64,000 nucleotides of DNA, taken from the NCBI GenBank assembly GCA_027067575.1, contig JAMOVQ010000142.1, positions 7,127 to 71,126 on the forward strand. The letters run 5' to 3'. The notes under the pieces are model-generated. The model did not search any database and had not been told where the DNA came from. It worked only from the letters and a program-made list of their open reading frames with translations. Source of the stretch: Thermoanaerobaculia bacterium. Lineage in GTDB: Bacteria; Acidobacteriota; Thermoanaerobaculia; Thermoanaerobaculales; Sulfomarinibacteraceae. Each line of letters starts with the position of its first letter. Position 1 is the stretch's first letter. Shown in pieces: positions 1 to 9,235 of the stretch. The translations under genes were made by a program, and so were the position numbers.

Positions 1-484
1 CCAGGGTCGAGGGACCGGCCATGAACGCGGCCTGGGAGAAGGCGATCCCGCTGCCCGCCGTGGCCACCGCGCCGCCGAGGGCGGAGGAACCCCGGAACCC
101 GAGACGCCTCAGGAGGTGCCAGGTCCCCGCGCCCAGAAGGATGTGGTGCAGGAGCAGGAAGAGGGCGAGGGCGACCGGGGGCTCGAACAGGAGGAACAGC
201 GCCGTGAACGGGTAGAGCGCCATGGTGTTCGGGTTGCCGGCCAGCGCCGTTCCGCCGAGGGTCAGGGGGTCCCAGAGCGGGAGGTGCCCCGCGCCGACGG
301 TCCGGGCCCACAACAGCCGCCACCCCAGTTGATGCGACCCGATATCCCGGAGAAACAGCGTCTTCCCTCCGAGGAGCCCCGGGGCGTAGACGGCCACGAG
401 AAGGCCGACGCACGCCACGGTGATCCAGGGAACCGACCGTTCCGGACATCCTTTCCGGGATCCGTTCACCGGAACATGGTACAT
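1..484 (-). CDS. YfhO-like polytopic membrane protein, N-terminal part only (gene continues past the left edge)
   Basis: Absent from the ORF track because no stop lies in the window. The reverse frame from ATG 484 (alternative GTG 469) reads MYHVPVNGSRKGCPERSVPWITVACVGLLVAVYAPGLLGGKTLFLRDIGSHQLGWRLLWARTVGAGHLPLWDPLTLGGTALAGNPNTMALYPFTALFLLF... with no stop down to base 1. It has hydrophobic helices and the same PLxNP...G.P..ANP-type motif as the 4899..6851 product. The YfhO assignment is from memory of that family. Confidence 0.45.
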   Translation of the reverse strand, partial: MYHVPVNGSRKGCPERSVPWITVACVGLLVAVYAPGLLGGKTLFLRDIGSHQLGWRLLWARTVGAGHLPLWDPLTLGGTALAGNPNTMALYPFTALFLLFEPPVALALFLLLHHILLGAGTWHLLRRLGFRGSSALGGAVATAGSGIAFSQAAFMAGPSTL

Positions 485-492
485 CTCTTGCT
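477..492 (+). promoter_or_regulatory. Candidate sigma-54 (-24/-12) promoter upstream of pseudopilin gene 1
   Basis: TGGTAC-atctc-TTGCT has correct GG-N10-GC spacing and two mismatches to TGGCACG-N4-TTGCW at less conserved positions. The GC element lies only about 15 nt before ATG 506, which implies a very short or leaderless mRNA. Confidence 0.35.
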
Positions 493-505
493 GGAACCTT
501 CCCCG

Positions 506-958
506 ATGATACGGCACGAGGGTGGATTCACGCTGATCGAGTTGCTGGTCGTGGTGGCGATCATCGGCATCCTGGCCGCGGTGGCCGTCGCGAACCTCGT
601 CGGTGCCGTCCAACGGGGGCGGCAGAGCCGGACCATGGCCGACATGCGGATCGCGGCGCTGGCCATCGAAGCGTACGAGACCGACCTTTCGGCGTTCCCC
701 CGGGGCTCCGGCACGCTCGAGTCTCTCGCTCCGTACCTGGAACCCACGTACATCAAGAAGGTTCCGGTCAGCGATGGATGGAACCGGCCGCTTCTCTACG
801 ACGGATCGGCGAAGAGCTACACCCTCCTCTCGTGCGGAGGGAACGGCACGGTCGACGCCCCCTGGGGACACGGCCCCACCACGGGGTTCCAGGAAGACAT
901 CGTCTTCGTCGACGGGCAGTTCTTGCAGTGGCCGGAGGGGCTCCAGACGGAAAACTGA
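506..958 (+). CDS. Prepilin-type N-terminal cleavage/methylation protein, GspG-like pseudopilin (150 aa)
   Basis: Internal ATG of track ORF 116..958. The product starts MIRHEGG|FTLIELLVVVAIIGILAAVAVANL, a short leader ending in G, then F-T-L-I-E and a hydrophobic helix. This is followed by RGRQSRTMADMRIAALAIEAYETDLSAFP, which resembles the GspG helix. Paralogous to 1079..1528. Confidence 0.8.
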   Translation: MIRHEGGFTLIELLVVVAIIGILAAVAVANLVGAVQRGRQSRTMADMRIAALAIEAYETDLSAFPRGSGTLESLAPYLEPTYIKKVPVSDGWNRPLLYDGSAKSYTLLSCGGNGTVDAPWGHGPTTGFQEDIVFVDGQFLQWPEGLQTEN

Positions 959-1030
959 CGCAGGACGTCCACACGATCCCCTTCAAGTGACACAGCACGT
1001 CAGATCCTGGGCCGCCCATCTTCATCAAGT

Positions 1031-1046
1031 TGGCACGCGCCTTGCT
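1031..1046 (+). promoter_or_regulatory. Sigma-54 (-24/-12) promoter upstream of pseudopilin gene 2
   Basis: TGGCACG-cgcc-TTGCT matches the TGGCACG-N4-TTGCW consensus exactly. AAAGGAGG (1064..1071) and ATG 1079 follow. Confidence 0.5.
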
Positions 1047-1078
1047 TAGATCCGAGTCGACGAAAGGAGGCCTGTGTT

Positions 1079-1528
1079 ATGAGGAAAGAAAGAGGATTCA
1101 CACTGATCGAGCTGCTGATCGTCGTGGCGATCATCGGCATCATCGCGGCCATCGCCATCCCGAACCTGCTGAACGCCATCAACCGCGGCCGGCAGAAGAG
1201 GACCATGGCGGACATGCGCACCATCGGCACGGCGATCGAGGAGTACTCGGTGGACTACAGCTTCTACCCGAAAGGCGTCGATACCATCACGGCGCTCGTC
1301 AATTATCTGGAACCGACCTACATCAAGAAGGTGGTCCGGAACGATGGCTGGAACAACCCGTTCGATATCGATATCGATACGAGTGGTGCGGACTACACCA
1401 TCATCTCCTACGGGCGGAACCGTACATCCGACGGTGTCAACTTGGGAGATCGTACTACGAGTTTCGATGCGGACATTGCTTTCTCCTCGGGTAGTTTTGT
1501 CCAGTGGCCAGAGGGCGTGCAGAACTAG
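1079..1528 (+). CDS. Prepilin-type N-terminal cleavage/methylation protein, GspG-like pseudopilin paralog (149 aa)
   Basis: MRKERG|FTLIELLIVVAIIGIIAAIAIPNL prepilin signature with a strong SD. The C-terminus FSSGSFVQWPEGVQN parallels FVDGQFLQWPEGLQTEN of the upstream paralog. Locally lower GC than its neighbours. Confidence 0.85.
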   Translation: MRKERGFTLIELLIVVAIIGIIAAIAIPNLLNAINRGRQKRTMADMRTIGTAIEEYSVDYSFYPKGVDTITALVNYLEPTYIKKVVRNDGWNNPFDIDIDTSGADYTIISYGRNRTSDGVNLGDRTTSFDADIAFSSGSFVQWPEGVQN

Positions 1529-1543
1529 TGACCGGTTCTTCGA

Positions 1544-3160
1544 ATGTTTCGATGGCGGCGGAACATCTTGTTCCGCCGCTTTTTCTTGTATCATCGGCCG
1601 ATGGGGCTGATGGTTCTCTCGGTTGCCATACTCTCCGCCTGGTTTCCTCCGGACAGCTTCCCCCTGTCTGGTCCCCTGGTCGGTGCGGGGCTCTTGATGG
1701 CCGCGGCGGGCCTTCGAACGCTGCCCTGGGCCAAGGGGTACGAGAGAATGGTCGGATCCACCGTACCGTTTCTGGGACTTCTGATCGTCGTTTCCGCCGC
1801 CTCCGGATGGTATCGCACCGGGCTCATCGAGGGCGTCCTCCTCTGTGGCAGCGCCATGACCCTGGGGCTCGCAGCATGGCAGTCCGTCGATCGAAAGCAG
1901 CTCGATCACCTCGCTCTGTTCGTTTCCCTTCTCGGATGCTGGGCCGTCGCCCAGGTGCTGTTCGGTTTCGATGCGTCGATCGCGGTGGCAAGCCGCTTGC
2001 CGAATGGTTTTCGGGAGCTCGCGACGGCTCGCCTGGCAAGCCGGCGAGCTTTTGCGGGACTCGCACTCCCCGGCCATCTCGCCGTGGTCCTGGTCTCGGT
2101 GCTCCCGATGCTTCTCGCAGGACTCAAAGCCGGTTCACGACGACGTTGGTTCTGGGGAGTTCTCGTCATCATCGACCTTGGCGGGATCCTGGCGACTCGC
2201 TCCGTCATGGGGTTCTTCCTGGCCATCCTTGTCACCTTCTTGTCCTGGGGGCGACTGCACCTGACCCACCTCGCCTGGATGGCCGCTGCTGCTCTCATGG
2301 CGATCACGTTGATCGTCTCTCTCAGGGGGGACCTCCGAACCCTCACACCGCTCCACCTCCGGATGGACAACTGGCGCACCGCGCTGTGGGTCTGGGAACA
2401 ATCCCCCTTGCTCGGAGTGGGCCCCGGGGGATACGGTCAGGCGGCTCAAGGCATTCCTCATCCCGTTAAATCTGAATCCGCTTACGCGCACAACCTGCCA
2501 CTTCAGGCTCTCGCGGAGCTGGGGCCGACAGGGTTCGTGTTGTCGTTGATCTTCCTGGGCTGGGTCGGCCGGACGGTCCGACGGCTATGGCGAGACGATC
2601 GGGCCCTTGCGCTCTCGGTGGCGGTGTTACCGGTCCATTCCATCGTGGACTTCGCAATCCTCCGGCCCGGGCCCCTCCTCGTATGGTCCGTGCTCGCCGG
2701 TGTGGCATTTCGTGAGAGTCGACCGTCTCTCAGCGTGCCGCTGGGCAGGGTGGGGCGGCGAGTCCTGATCTACGGCACCCTGCTCGGTCTCATCACGATC
2801 ACGTTCCAGTCGGTCTCCGTGCTCACGGAGGAGGTTGCCGAGGCCAACAGCGATGCGGACCTGGCGGCACGGTCCGTGGTTCTGGCCCCGTGGCGTGTCC
2901 GCCCACGATTGACATTAGCGTCGATCGTGCTCCAATCACGGGAGCGGGGAAACCGTGTAGCCGAGGCACTCCATGCAGTCCACGGCGGGCTCCGGATCAC
3001 ACCCCGCTCCGCCGCTTTCGAGCTCACTGCGGCGCAGCTGGAACTGGTTTCGGACGATCCGCTCCAGGCAATGGTTCACGTCCGACGGGCCTGTCACAAC
3101 CGCCCGGGGTGGAAACCTGCCCAGACGCTGTGGAGAACGCTCGCTCAGGAGGCCAGGTGA
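1544..3160 (+). CDS. O-antigen ligase family (Wzy_C-type) polytopic membrane protein
   Basis: Multiple TM helices. The periplasmic-loop motif region reads RMDNWRTALWVWEQSPLLGVGPGGYG...SAYAHNLPLQALAELG, as in WaaL/PglL/PilO-type ligases. The start is uncertain (ATG 1544, or ATG 1601 giving MGLMVLSV). Confidence 0.72.
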   Translation: MFRWRRNILFRRFFLYHRPMGLMVLSVAILSAWFPPDSFPLSGPLVGAGLLMAAAGLRTLPWAKGYERMVGSTVPFLGLLIVVSAASGWYRTGLIEGVLLCGSAMTLGLAAWQSVDRKQLDHLALFVSLLGCWAVAQVLFGFDASIAVASRLPNGFRELATARLASRRAFAGLALPGHLAVVLVSVLPMLLAGLKAGSRRRWFWGVLVIIDLGGILATRSVMGFFLAILVTFLSWGRLHLTHLAWMAAAALMAITLIVSLRGDLRTLTPLHLRMDNWRTALWVWEQSPLLGVGPGGYGQAAQGIPHPVKSESAYAHNLPLQALAELGPTGFVLSLIFLGWVGRTVRRLWRDDRALALSVAVLPVHSIVDFAILRPGPLLVWSVLAGVAFRESRPSLSVPLGRVGRRVLIYGTLLGLITITFQSVSVLTEEVAEANSDADLAARSVVLAPWRVRPRLTLASIVLQSRERGNRVAEALHAVHGGLRITPRSAAFELTAAQLELVSDDPLQAMVHVRRACHNRPGWKPAQTLWRTLAQEAR

Positions 3161-4902
3161 TCCTGCTGGCTGCTGTCTGGATCGGCCTTCTTGGATCGAT
3201 GTGGGCAGCTGGAGGCGCGTTCTATCCTCTCCCGGCTACTCTTGCCGGTGGTGTTGCTGCCGTCCTCTCCGGCATGACGCAGGTCGGCCGGCGGTCCAGC
3301 GTGCAGTTTGAGCTGACGGAACGACTCGTGCTCGCCTGGATCATCCTCGGAGTGTTCCAGGTCACCATCGGGGGAGGTGATCCTTTCGAGGGGTTCAAAC
3401 GGCTCGGCTGGTGGTTGGTAGCGCTATCGGCATGGGTGGCTGCGCGCAGCTTGAAGCGCGTCCCTGGCGAGACACCTCTCTTTCTTGGTCTTGGTGTGGT
3501 CTTGATCCTGGGCGTTCTTGGCGAGGCCTGGGGTCTGGGGTTGCCCCGTGCGGGGGGACTGTTCGAGAACCCCAATCTCGCCGCCATGTTGATGGTTCCG
3601 CTCGTTCCGCTCGCCCTGTCTCGAGAATGGCCGCGGCCCCTGCAATGGGGAATCGGCCTTCTCCTGGTCATGGGTGTCGGGGCCACCGGATCCCGGGCTG
3701 GGTTGCTCGCTCTGGCCGGTCTCGGCATGCTGCTCTTGCCGCGGAAGCTTCGGATTGCCCTCGTGGTGGCCGTTGCAGCACTCCTGATGTGGCGTCTCCT
3801 CGCCGTCTCCGATCCGCTCGCGTGGCGCCGCCCAGCGATCTGGCGCGCCTCCCTTCACGTTGTCGCCGAACACCCCCTTCTTGGGAGCACACCCGGGGCC
3901 TACGATGAGGCAGTGCTTCGCTTTCGCCCACCGGAACCCACGCTGATCGCGCGCTGGACAAAGTATCCAGGAAACGCTGAAAGCACCATCATCCAGGTGC
4001 TTGCGGAGACGGGTGTCCTGGGGTTCAGCCTTCTGTTTGTCGCGGTCGTGGCGTTTTGGAGATCCCTCAAGAACGTTCCTTCCCGACGTCTCCTCCATGC
4101 CACCGTCGTCGCCATGGGAATCTTTGCAACCGTCCACGATCTCCTGGGCCTTCCGGTCGTCCTGTGGTCATGGGCATGGTTTCTGGGACGCCTCGCCTCC
4201 GACGGGGAGCCGGAGCGGTCTGCCGGCGCCAGGAGTAAGAATCCGATGTGCCTTGCCGGTGGACTTGCCGCCGCCCTTCTCCTGATCTGGAGTATGGTTC
4301 TTCCCGAGATCGCCAGGTACCGGTTCGCTGCGGAAGATCCAAGCCGAGGGAAGATCGATCCTCTCTGGGCCGTGCCGTGGAGGGTGACGGCCGAACAGAT
4401 CCTTCACGAGGATTCTTGGAATCGAGGTCGTGCCATTGTGGCGGCGGATGCTGCCGAACGGGCGGTGGCGCTCCACCCAGCGGCTCAGCGGGAGTGGCTG
4501 GTTCTCGGACAGGTCCTGACCCAGGCATATCTCCAAGTCACACCGTATCCGGCAACGGCACGCAGGGCAGCAAGAGCGTACAAGCAGGCGTGCCTGATCG
4601 ATCCTCATGCGCCAGTTGGTTGGCTCCTGGCGGGTCAGCTGGCACGTTCGGTGGGAGATCTCGATCGGGCCATTGCACTGGTCACACGGGCAGTGACCGA
4701 AGAACCGCATTATGTCAAGGGGTGGCTGGCCCTCGCGCGCCTTGAGCTCGACGCAGGTCGGGTGGACGCGGCCCGACGTGCATTCGCCCGGGCTCGAAGA
4801 TCCCGAGAACTTTCCCGGGGACGGATTCTGAGCGCGTATGAGAGGTCTCTCCTGGACGCTCCGCGCTGGCAGTTCCGGCAGCTCGAGGAACAGATCCCAT
4901 GA
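3157..4902 (+). CDS. O-antigen ligase family (Wzy_C-type) membrane protein with C-terminal TPR-like repeats
   Basis: GTG 3157 overlaps the upstream stop (GTGA). TM-rich N-terminal region with GVGATGSRAGLLAL...AIWRASLHVVAEHPLLGSTPGAYD...NAESTIIQVLAETG. The C-terminal helical repeats (HPAAQREWLVLGQVL..., DPHAPVGWLLAGQLARSVGDLDRAIALVTRAV, EPHYVKGWLALARLELDAGR) look TPR-like. The upstream 267 nt of the track ORF is the wrong-frame tail of the previous gene. Confidence 0.7.
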   Translation: MILLAAVWIGLLGSMWAAGGAFYPLPATLAGGVAAVLSGMTQVGRRSSVQFELTERLVLAWIILGVFQVTIGGGDPFEGFKRLGWWLVALSAWVAARSLKRVPGETPLFLGLGVVLILGVLGEAWGLGLPRAGGLFENPNLAAMLMVPLVPLALSREWPRPLQWGIGLLLVMGVGATGSRAGLLALAGLGMLLLPRKLRIALVVAVAALLMWRLLAVSDPLAWRRPAIWRASLHVVAEHPLLGSTPGAYDEAVLRFRPPEPTLIARWTKYPGNAESTIIQVLAETGVLGFSLLFVAVVAFWRSLKNVPSRRLLHATVVAMGIFATVHDLLGLPVVLWSWAWFLGRLASDGEPERSAGARSKNPMCLAGGLAAALLLIWSMVLPEIARYRFAAEDPSRGKIDPLWAVPWRVTAEQILHEDSWNRGRAIVAADAAERAVALHPAAQREWLVLGQVLTQAYLQVTPYPATARRAARAYKQACLIDPHAPVGWLLAGQLARSVGDLDRAIALVTRAVTEEPHYVKGWLALARLELDAGRVDAARRAFARARRSRELSRGRILSAYERSLLDAPRWQFRQLEEQIP

Positions 4903-6851
4903 CGGCCATGCGACGCCCGCTCCGGCTCTGGTGGATCCCCTTCCTGCTGCTCTTCCTGCCTCTGTTCGGCCGCGTCCCCGCCCATCCGGACCTGCCCGGC
5001 TACTTTGCGCCGATCCGGGAGTGGACCGCGGCCTCCGTGCTTCGTGGAACGGTGCCACTCCTCAACCCGTTGAACGGGTGCGGGGAGCCATGGTTCGCCA
5101 ACCCGCAGACGGCACCCCTGGGGCCGCAGAGCTGGCCCTGGCTGCTCCTCCCCGCGCCCTGGGCCCTGACGGCGGAGATCGCGCTCCATCTGGCGTGGCT
5201 CGCCCTGGGGGCCGGCATTCTGGCGCGCCGGCTCGGGGCCGACCGGGTCACCACCGCGGCGGCGGAGGCCGCCGCGTTCCTCGCCCCACCGGTCCTCACC
5301 CTGACCGGCGTGCTCAACAACCTCGAGACCCTCGCCTGGGCGCCGTGGATCGTGCTGGCGTCACGGACCAGGCGTCCGGAGCTGACCCTGCCTGTGGCGG
5401 TGGCCGCCGGGTGGTTCGGAGCGGCTCCGGTGCTCTGGGCTCTGATCCTCGCGGCGGCGCTCCTGACGTCACCGCGAAGGACACGGGCCGCCGCCGGAAT
5501 CGTCCTGGGGATCGGGCTTGCCGCCGTGCAGATCGGACCGTTCCTCGGATGGGTCGCCGGGGGGGACCGTGGCAGAAGCGCGGTTCCCGAGGCGATGGTG
5601 GCGGCGGCGGTCCCGCCGGAGGGCTGGCTCTCCCTCGTCGTGCCCGGGGCCGTCGCCAGCGCCTGGGCCGGGACCGTGTTCCTCGGTGGTGCGCTCCTTG
5701 CCGCTGCCGCAGGCGCCGTTCGCCGGTTTCCCGGGATCGCGGCCGCCGCCGTGGCGCTGGCGGGCCTCGCCACGCTGCCTGCTGTTGGGGGCGGGGCGCT
5801 CTTCCTCGCCCTGACCAGCGGCCTCGTCCGGTATCCGGCCCGGTTCGCCGCCGCCGCCGGCCTTCTCGTCCTCGTGCTGGCCCTCGCCGGCCTCGCACCC
5901 TGGGTCCGGGGCGAGGGCCGCGCCGCCACGGCGGTCGCAGGGGGCCTGACGCTCCTCCTGGCCGGGAGAGTCCCTGACACGGGGACGGTGGGCACGGCGG
6001 TCCTCGGCGGCCTGCTCCTGGCCGCCGCCGTCTGGCCGGGCCGCCGCGGGTTGCGGTGGGCCGCCCTCGGTGTCACCGCCGTCCTTTTCGTGGGCCTCGG
6101 CATCGGCGAGCTCCGCCCCCGGCCGGTGGACGTGCTGCACCCTCGCGGGTGGGAGGAGGCCAGGAGACCGGGCAGGATCTGGAGCCCACTGCCTGGGCCG
6201 GGCCAGCGCCGTTTCCTCGCCCGGAACCCCGGTGCCATGCCGCTCTGGCCGGTCGGGTACACGAACCTCCTGACCGGGGTCCGCCGGGTCGGCACGGAGG
6301 CGCCGGTGACCCTGGCGGCCGTCTCCAGGCTCGAGCGGGACGCCTCGACCGGGCCGGCGGCCCGCTGGTCCGTCGACAGCGCCGCAGGACGGTGGATCGT
6401 CCTGCGGAGGCCATCCCGGACAGGGGGACTCGTTCCCGTGGCCCGCCGTGAGGGGCTCTGGCTTCACGAGAACCCTCACGCGTGGCCCCTGGTCGTGGCC
6501 ACGCGTGAGGTGATCACGGACGGGATGAAGCCCCGCCCGGTTCCGGGGCTTGTCGCCTTCGCCCTGAGGGAGGAAACGGTCACGGTCCACACCCTGCTCG
6601 ACGGGGCCGGGGTCGTCGTGGCCTCCCTGGCGCCGTTGCCGGGCTGGGCCTGGAGGCTCGACGGTAGGCCCATCACTTCGTTCCGGGGACCGTCCGTGTT
6701 ACAACAGGTGCAGGTTCCACCGGGACCGCACCGGCTTGAGGGACGGTATACGGATCCGCTCCTCAAACCGGGCGCCGTGGTCTCGGCCCTCTCGGCCATG
6801 ATGATCCTGGGAATCGCCTTCGGACCCGAAAGACCGGAGCGCCGGACGTGA
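4899..6851 (+). CDS. YfhO-like polytopic membrane protein (putative GT-C type glycosyltransferase)
   Basis: ATGA overlap with the upstream stop. There are about 12 or more predicted TM segments, then a soluble region and a terminal TM. The N-terminal motif GTVPLLNPLNGCGEPWFANPQT resembles the YfhO family and the partial gene at 1..484. Confidence 0.55.
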   Translation: MTAMRRPLRLWWIPFLLLFLPLFGRVPAHPDLPGYFAPIREWTAASVLRGTVPLLNPLNGCGEPWFANPQTAPLGPQSWPWLLLPAPWALTAEIALHLAWLALGAGILARRLGADRVTTAAAEAAAFLAPPVLTLTGVLNNLETLAWAPWIVLASRTRRPELTLPVAVAAGWFGAAPVLWALILAAALLTSPRRTRAAAGIVLGIGLAAVQIGPFLGWVAGGDRGRSAVPEAMVAAAVPPEGWLSLVVPGAVASAWAGTVFLGGALLAAAAGAVRRFPGIAAAAVALAGLATLPAVGGGALFLALTSGLVRYPARFAAAAGLLVLVLALAGLAPWVRGEGRAATAVAGGLTLLLAGRVPDTGTVGTAVLGGLLLAAAVWPGRRGLRWAALGVTAVLFVGLGIGELRPRPVDVLHPRGWEEARRPGRIWSPLPGPGQRRFLARNPGAMPLWPVGYTNLLTGVRRVGTEAPVTLAAVSRLERDASTGPAARWSVDSAAGRWIVLRRPSRTGGLVPVARREGLWLHENPHAWPLVVATREVITDGMKPRPVPGLVAFALREETVTVHTLLDGAGVVVASLAPLPGWAWRLDGRPITSFRGPSVLQQVQVPPGPHRLEGRYTDPLLKPGAVVSALSAMMILGIAFGPERPERRT

Positions 6852-9235
6852 CCGCGCTCCTGCTGTCGCTGTTCTTCCTCTCCGGAGCCTCCTCTCTCGT
6901 CGGGGAGGTCGTGTGGATGCGTCTGCTCGGGCTCGTGGTCGGAAACTCCATGTGGGCAGCGTCCGCCGTGGTCACCGCATGGATGGCGGGCCTCGCAGCC
7001 GGCGCCTGGCTCGGTGGCCGGCTCGCCCGGACGGTTCGCCACCATCTTCGTCTCTACGCCGCCGCCGAGACGGTGGTCGCCCTGTTCTACCTTGCGACGC
7101 TGTCGCTCCTTCCCCGCCTGGAGAGCCTTGCCGCAGGGCTGACCCCGGACCTGTCGGGACACCTCCTGGCTGGACTGAGCGGCCGGTTCCTCCTCTCCGT
7201 CGGTGTGCTCCTCCTGCCCACGACGGCCATGGGGGTCACGCTCCCCCTGCTCGTCGAACGGCTGCGGGGGAACGTCCTCGCCGAACGCGTCGCAGGGCTG
7301 TACGGTGTCAACACGCTGGGAGCGGTGGCGGGGGTGCTGGTCACCGCACACCTCCTCCTGCCACGTCTCGGCGAATCCGGGGCGCTGGCCACCGCGGCGC
7401 TGGCCTGCCTCACCGTCGCGGTGGCCGCCGTACTCCTCGAGGGGAGGCTCCCTCGACCAGCCGGGTCGGCCGCGCCCGTGCGCTCCCGTCCATCGGGCGG
7501 TCCGCTCCGTGCCTACCTGGCGCTGGTTGCGGCCATGGGGTTCGGTGCGCTGGCCGTCGAGATCGTCTGGGTCCGGGTGCTGACGCTCCATCTGGGGTCC
7601 AGGGTGTACGCCTTCGCCCTCATGCTCGCGGTCTACCTCCTGGGAATCGGCATCGGGAGCATCCTGGTCGGCGCCACATCCCGCCACACCGGCGAACCCC
7701 GGCGGTTCCTGGCATGGCTCCAGGCCGGCGTGGCGGTGGCGATCCTGGTGAACCTCGCCGTGCTTGCACGGTTCCAGCCACTCCTGAGCTGGCTCACGGA
7801 GATGCTCCACCTCCACAGGTCGTTCGCGAACGTGCAGGTGATCCAATTTCTCGCGGTGGCCGCCGCGTTCCTTCCGGTGACGACGCTGCTGGGCGCCTCG
7901 TTCCCCCTGGCCGTGGCCGCAGACCCAGGCGTTGGGAGCGGCGGGGAACACACGGGGCGGGTGGCCGCCGCGAACACCCTCGGCGCGATCCTGGGATCCG
8001 TGGCGACGCCCGCCGTGCTCGTCCCCGTCCTGGGCGCCTCGCGATCGTTGCTCCTTCTTGCACTGCTCTCCACCCTGATCGCCCTCACCCTCGGGGGCCG
8101 GCGGGTGGCCGTCCTCATCGCCGGGACGGTCCTCGCCATCGCGGCGGTCTGGATCACGATGCCCCGGGACGCCATACTCCGGGCGGCTCTCGAGGACGGG
8201 GGAGCGTCGGAGGTCGTGGCCCTCGAGGAGAGCCTGACCGCCACGGTGATCGTGAGGCGCTACCACGACGCCCGGGGTGCCTGGTACTCGCTGGAGCTCA
8301 ACGGCGTCAACGTCGCGGGAACCTCGCCGGAGCTGCTCGCCGTCCAGCAGCTCCAGGGACAGATCCCCCTGCTCGAGGCCCGTGACCCGAAGCGGGTGCT
8401 GCACATCGGCTTCGGATCGGGCGGGACGTGCTGGGCCGTCTCGCGCCATCCGGTGGAACGGATCGACGTCGTGGAGATCGCACCCGAGGTGCTCCGGGTC
8501 TCGGACCGCTACTTCGCCGACATCAACCATCACGTCCTCGCGGATCCCAGGGTTCACACCATCATCAACGACGGCCGCAACTACCTCCTGGCGACGGAGA
8601 ACCGGTACGACGTCATCCTCTCTGACTCGATCCACCCCGTGTACGCCGGGAACAGCACCCTCTACACGCTGGAGTACTTCCGGCTGTGCCGGGAACACCT
8701 GGAGCCCGGCGGGGTGGTCTCCATGTGGCTGCCGCTGTACTCGCTCTCGAGGGACAGCTACCTGCGGATCCTCTCCGCGTTCCACCGGGTGTTCCCACGG
8801 ACCGTGGTCTGGTACGACATCGGGGTGCTCAACGAGTTCACTATCGTGACGGGGATGGTGGAGCCGGGACCGGTGTCCCTGCGGTGGCGGGCGCTCGGTG
8901 ACCCGCGACTCCTGGAGTCGCTCCGTATCGCACGAATCCAGGGCGCTGCCGATCTCGAGGCCCGCCTGCTGCTCGACCCGGTGCGGGTTGCCCTGACCTG
9001 CCGCGACGTCCCGCCTCACGTGGACGACCTGCCCGTGGTCGAGTACCGCTCCGGCCGGCTCCTCGACCGCGAGCGGTCATGGCTCGCCAACTTCCGGATG
9101 CTGGCGGCACGGCGCACACGACGCGATCCGTTCGCGGCCGCACCGGTCCCGTGGCCCGAGGCCGCCGCCCTTCGCGACCGGGCGCTGGAGGTCCACTTCC
9201 GTCAGCTCGGGGCGAGGATCCGAGCCTCCCGGTAG
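6848..9235 (+). CDS. Membrane-fused spermidine-synthase-like (class I SAM-dependent transferase fold) protein
   Basis: GTGA overlap with the upstream stop. The N-terminal region of about 440 aa is polytopic. The C-terminal region reads VLHIGFGSGGTCWAV...IDVVEIAPEV...INDGRNYL...YDVILSDSIHP...GGVVSMWLP, typical of the spermidine/spermine synthase fold. Confidence 0.7.
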   Translation: MTALLLSLFFLSGASSLVGEVVWMRLLGLVVGNSMWAASAVVTAWMAGLAAGAWLGGRLARTVRHHLRLYAAAETVVALFYLATLSLLPRLESLAAGLTPDLSGHLLAGLSGRFLLSVGVLLLPTTAMGVTLPLLVERLRGNVLAERVAGLYGVNTLGAVAGVLVTAHLLLPRLGESGALATAALACLTVAVAAVLLEGRLPRPAGSAAPVRSRPSGGPLRAYLALVAAMGFGALAVEIVWVRVLTLHLGSRVYAFALMLAVYLLGIGIGSILVGATSRHTGEPRRFLAWLQAGVAVAILVNLAVLARFQPLLSWLTEMLHLHRSFANVQVIQFLAVAAAFLPVTTLLGASFPLAVAADPGVGSGGEHTGRVAAANTLGAILGSVATPAVLVPVLGASRSLLLLALLSTLIALTLGGRRVAVLIAGTVLAIAAVWITMPRDAILRAALEDGGASEVVALEESLTATVIVRRYHDARGAWYSLELNGVNVAGTSPELLAVQQLQGQIPLLEARDPKRVLHIGFGSGGTCWAVSRHPVERIDVVEIAPEVLRVSDRYFADINHHVLADPRVHTIINDGRNYLLATENRYDVILSDSIHPVYAGNSTLYTLEYFRLCREHLEPGGVVSMWLPLYSLSRDSYLRILSAFHRVFPRTVVWYDIGVLNEFTIVTGMVEPGPVSLRWRALGDPRLLESLRIARIQGAADLEARLLLDPVRVALTCRDVPPHVDDLPVVEYRSGRLLDRERSWLANFRMLAARRTRRDPFAAAPVPWPEAAALRDRALEVHFRQLGARIRASR

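Noticed and set aside
6476-9019. Minus-strand ORF of 847 aa opposite the spermidine-synthase-like gene
   Set aside because: Shadow ORF. The plus strand carries clear TM helices and the transferase motifs.
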